Of a DNA stretch of 64,000 nucleotides, positions 60,025 through 64,000 are shown in pieces. A model generated the notes under the pieces. It saw only the letters and a list, made by a program, of their open reading frames with translations. It ran no database searches and was not told the origin of the DNA. Made by a program: the position numbers and the translations under genes. This stretch comes from Alphaproteobacteria bacterium (GTDB lineage: Bacteria; Pseudomonadota; Alphaproteobacteria; UBA828): contig CAXXMU010000001.1 of assembly GCA_963667785.2 (NCBI GenBank), positions 832,001 through 896,000 on the forward strand, read 5' to 3'. The first letter of the stretch is position 1. Every line of letters begins with the position of its first letter.

Positions 60025-61053
60025 CTAAGGCAGCAGCACCATCTTGCCGAAGACGTCGCGCTCGGCGGTCTTGCGCGCGGCCTCCCGAACGTCGGCGAGC
60101 GGATAGACCGAATCGATCACGGGCGCGAGCCGCCCTTCCGCCATCAACGCGAACACGCGGGCGATCTCGCGGCGGCCGCAGAAGTGGCTGCCGTGGATCG
60201 TCATGTGCTTGCGGAAGAGCTCGATCACGTTGAGCGGCACTTCCTCGCCCGCATGCGCGCCGCAGGTGACGAGGCGGCCGTTGAAGCAGACGGCGTCGAT
60301 GCTCTGGCGCAGCACGTCGCCGCCGACGCTCTCGATCACGAGGTCGACGCCGCGGCCTTGCGTGAGCCTCAGCGCCTCGTCCCGGATGCTCTGGCGGGTG
60401 TAGTCGACCACCGCCGCCGCGCCGAGCTCGCGCGCCTTCTCGAGCTTCGCAGGCGTGCCGGCGCTCGCGATCACCCGCGCGCCGTGCAGGATCGCGACCT
60501 GGATCGCCGACGAGCCGACGACGCTGCCGGCGGCGTTGACCAGCACCGTCTGCCCGGCCTGCACGCGGCCGAGCGCCACCGTCATATGCCAGGCGGTGCC
60601 GAGCCCGATCATGCCGGCGGCGGCGGTCTCGAAGGCCAGCCCGTCCGGCAGCGGGATCACCGAGAGCGCGTGGGAGACGCAGTACTCCGCATGTGTGCCC
60701 CACTGGCCCGCGCCGATGCGGCCGTGGGTGAAGTCGACGCCGTCGAGGCCGCTCAGCCAGGGTTCGGACAACGGGTCGCCCTGCGCGAAGTCGATGGCGA
60801 CGCGGGTGCCGGGCGGCGGCCCGTCGGTGCCGGGGCCGAGCGCCGCCACCTCGCCCACGCCCTCGCAGCCGGGCACGTGCGGCAGCGCGACCGGGATGCC
60901 GGAGACGCCCTCGCGCACGTCGTGGTCCAGGTGATTGACGCCGCTCGCACGGATCCGCACCAGCAGCTCGCCGGGCCCGGGCTCGGGCGTCTCGATCTCC
61001 TCGTAGAGCAGGTTCTCGACGCCGCCGTGGGCGCGGATGACGACCGCCTTCAC
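60025..61053 (-). CDS. MDR-family (zinc-binding dehydrogenase/quinone oxidoreductase) protein
   Basis: VKAVVIRAHGG, GVNHLD, PHVPGCEGVG, GQTVLVNAAGS, FGKMVL. Confidence 0.85.
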   Translation of the reverse strand: MKAVVIRAHGGVENLLYEEIETPEPGPGELLVRIRASGVNHLDHDVREGVSGIPVALPHVPGCEGVGEVAALGPGTDGPPPGTRVAIDFAQGDPLSEPWLSGLDGVDFTHGRIGAGQWGTHAEYCVSHALSVIPLPDGLAFETAAAGMIGLGTAWHMTVALGRVQAGQTVLVNAAGSVVGSSAIQVAILHGARVIASAGTPAKLEKARELGAAAVVDYTRQSIRDEALRLTQGRGVDLVIESVGGDVLRQSIDAVCFNGRLVTCGAHAGEEVPLNVIELFRKHMTIHGSHFCGRREIARVFALMAEGRLAPVIDSVYPLADVREAARKTAERDVFGKMVLLP

Positions 61054-61088
61054 GGCAGCGACCTCTCGGCCGGGGAGCTGGCCGGACC

Positions 61089-61733
61089 CTACTCGGCCGC
61101 TTCGGCCGCGACGGCGCCGGAGAGCGCGGCGATGGCCTCCGCGCTCGTGATGATGTCCGCGTACTTCTGGCCCATGTCGAAGAGGTTCGCCTCGTGCGGG
61201 CCGAGGGCGCGGTCGCCGACGCAGTCGCCGAGCACCACCGGGCGGAAGCCGTGGCACATGGCGTCCAGCACGCTCGCGCGCACGCAGCCCGACGTGGTGC
61301 AACCCGCGACCATCACCGTGTCCACCCGCAGCCTGGCGAAAGCAGGCGCGAGGTCGGTGCCGAAGAAGGCCGACGGCACGCGCTTGCGCACCACGATCTC
61401 GCCCGGCGCCGGCGCCAGCGCGTCGACGATCTGGCTCTCCGGCGCGTCCTCGACGAGCGTCGTGAGCGAGGGCACCTTCATGCACATGATGTTCGCGTCC
61501 GCCGCATCGTCGGCGAAGATGACGCGGGTGTGGGCGACCGGCACGCCGCGCTCGCGACAGAAGGCGAGGACGCCCACCGTCGCGTCGATGGCCTCCTGGA
61601 TGTTGCCGCCGCCGAACTTCGCCGGGTCGGTGAAGCCGTTGACGAAGTCGACGATGAGCAGCGCCGCCTTCTCGCCGAAGCCGAGCCGGTTGCCGAAGTT
61701 CTGCGTCTTGTAGATGTCGATGTCCGAAGCCAT
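61089..61733 (-). CDS. Isochorismatase-family cysteine hydrolase (N-carbamoylsarcosine amidase/NicF-like)
   Basis: ALLIVDF, RKRVPSAFFGT, GCTTSGCVRAS. Confidence 0.88.
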   Translation of the reverse strand: MASDIDIYKTQNFGNRLGFGEKAALLIVDFVNGFTDPAKFGGGNIQEAIDATVGVLAFCRERGVPVAHTRVIFADDAADANIMCMKVPSLTTLVEDAPESQIVDALAPAPGEIVVRKRVPSAFFGTDLAPAFARLRVDTVMVAGCTTSGCVRASVLDAMCHGFRPVVLGDCVGDRALGPHEANLFDMGQKYADIITSAEAIAALSGAVAAEAAE

Positions 61734-61816
61734 GCCGCACCCCCTGCCGCCGCCGTTGGCCCCCGGAGAACAGACGGTTACTCGCCGCGTGTCAAGCAGC
61801 GCTCGCGGCGGCCGGA

Positions 61817-62212
61817 TCAGGCCGGCGGGCCGCCAGCATCGTCATCGTCGCAGTCGACCGCGACCTCCGCCAGCTTGCCGTTCACGAGGCGGAAGGCGGC
61901 GCTGCCGGCGCTCTCCCTCACCCGGCCCTCCGCGTCTTCGAGGCGAAGCGTGAAGCGGCAGGTTAGCCGCTGCCCCTCCTCGTCCGCCTCGCAGGTGGTC
62001 ACCTCGTGCCGGATCAGCGGATGGGCCGCGAGCAGGCCCTCCAGATACTGCTTGATCCCGCTGTCCCGGCCGCGGTGGTCGCGGCCCGAGACCGAGAGCA
62101 CGGCATCGTGGGCGAAGCAGTCGAGCACCGTGCCGGGACGACGATAATCGATGTTGCTGAAGTAGCTGTGCTCGACCAGATTGATCATCTGGGCGCGCCT
62201 GAGCTTCACCAC
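61817..62212 (-). CDS. SnoaL/NTF2-like protein
   Basis: YFSNID...VLDCFAHDA...HRGRDSGI; GAGG before GTG. Confidence 0.65.
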   Translation of the reverse strand: MVKLRRAQMINLVEHSYFSNIDYRRPGTVLDCFAHDAVLSVSGRDHRGRDSGIKQYLEGLLAAHPLIRHEVTTCEADEEGQRLTCRFTLRLEDAEGRVRESAGSAAFRLVNGKLAEVAVDCDDDDAGGPPA

Positions 62213-62343
62213 CGGCGCCTCCTCTCCCCTCCTTCCATCGTAGCCGGGGCCGACAGCGAGCCGAAAGGGCGCCGGCGACGGACGCCGCCCCGCTGGCCAA
62301 AACGGCGCGAAGGTCATAGTCTGGCCGGGAAGGAGCGCTCGCC

Positions 62344-63135
62344 ATGCATGCATTCACCTACCGCCGCGCGACATCGGTGGCGGACGCGGTCGCCGCGTTC
62401 AAGGGCGCCGACGACGGCGCCTATCTCTCGGGCGGCCATACGCTGCTGCCGGCGATGAAGCAGCGGCTCGCGGCGCCCTCCGACGTGATCGACCTGGCGG
62501 GGCTCGACGAGCTGACCGGTATCGCGGTGGATGCGGACGCGGTGAGCATCGGCGCGCTGACGCCGCACGCGGCCGTGGCGGCATCCGCCGAGGTGCGGGC
62601 GGCGATTCCGGCGCTCGCCGCGCTCGCCGGCAAGATCGGCGACCCCCAGGTGCGCAACAAGGGCACCATCGGCGGGTCCATCGCCAACAACGACCCGGCG
62701 GCGGACTATCCGGCGGCGCTGGTGGGGCTCGACGCCACCGTGGTCACCGAGCGGCGTTCGATCGCGGCGGACGAATTCTTCACCGGCCTCTTCGAGACGG
62801 CGCTGGAGGAGGGCGAGATCGTGACCGCGGTGCGCTTTCCGCGGCCCCGGTGCGCGGGCTATGCGAAGTTCCCGAACCCGGCGTCGCGCTATGCCATCGT
62901 CGGCGTGATGGCGGCGGAGACGGCGGGCGGCGTGCGCATCGCCGTGACCGGCGCGGGCCCGTGCGTCTTTCGCGCCACCGCCATGGAGGCCGCGCTCGGC
63001 GGTCGGCTCGATGCGGAGGCGACGCTGCCGGCGCTCTCGCCAGACGGGCTCAACGCCGACATTCACGCGAGCGCCGAGTACCGCGCCCACCTGGTGGGAG
63101 TCATGGCCCAGCGCGCGATGGCCGCGGCCGGCTGA
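62344..63135 (+). CDS. Xanthine/CO dehydrogenase FAD-binding medium subunit (CoxM-like)
   Basis: LSGGHTLLP, IGDPQVRNKGTIGGS, NNDPAADYP, DIHASAEYR. Confidence 0.9.
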   Translation: MHAFTYRRATSVADAVAAFKGADDGAYLSGGHTLLPAMKQRLAAPSDVIDLAGLDELTGIAVDADAVSIGALTPHAAVAASAEVRAAIPALAALAGKIGDPQVRNKGTIGGSIANNDPAADYPAALVGLDATVVTERRSIAADEFFTGLFETALEEGEIVTAVRFPRPRCAGYAKFPNPASRYAIVGVMAAETAGGVRIAVTGAGPCVFRATAMEAALGGRLDAEATLPALSPDGLNADIHASAEYRAHLVGVMAQRAMAAAG

Positions 63136-63361
63136 GTCGAGACGTTCGCCCGGATCGCGACCGACGCAGAGCGGCAAAATCGCAAAACGAAGCCAATTTA
63201 TCATAACCCGTTGTTGTAAAATAGAAATATAGGGTTCGACTGCCGCCCGGGACGCCAAGCCGATGCGGTGCAGGCCCGTCACGACAAGTTGAAGCATCGC
63301 GACTGGCGCCGGGCGCCGGGAGTGCTGACATTTCACCCGTCACAGGACGGAGGACGGCACG

Positions 63362-64000
<639 letters not shown>

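Overview
High-GC alphaproteobacterial chromosome segment (Rhodospirillales-like gene content: lpxI, popZ-valS, olsAB, coq7, glnD-murJ-trpS). 1-15.3 kb is an amine-catabolism region: a polyamine-type ABC transporter and GntR regulator transcribed divergently from a non-canonical N-methylglutamate-pathway-like operon (FAD oxidase, GS-like ligase, MgsABC/GlxBCD-like), followed by amidase, GGT, Asp/Glu racemase-like and fold-IV aminotransferase genes. 16.1-18.7 kb is a dense accessory mosaic. It holds an FGE-sulfatase/CLec gene whose 3' end looks like a DGR variable region, abutted by a group II intron 5' fragment that supplies its stop codon, plus photolyase and hydantoinase-B fragments, a structured MITE, a palindromic repeat and a 10-bp phased tandem repeat. 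18.7-52.8 kb is mostly core genes (rseP-bamA-skp-lpxD-fabZ-lpxA-lpxI-lpxB, glnD, murJ, trpS, nfuA, tsaB, rimI, olsAB, fur, popZ, valS, ilvD, metC, dsbB, coq7). 52.8-64 kb holds assorted catabolic enzymes, including one gene (possibly two) whose apparent start codon is ACG. No rRNA, tRNA, CRISPR array, reverse transcriptase or transposase was recognised. All calls come from motif recognition by eye; no database searches were run.
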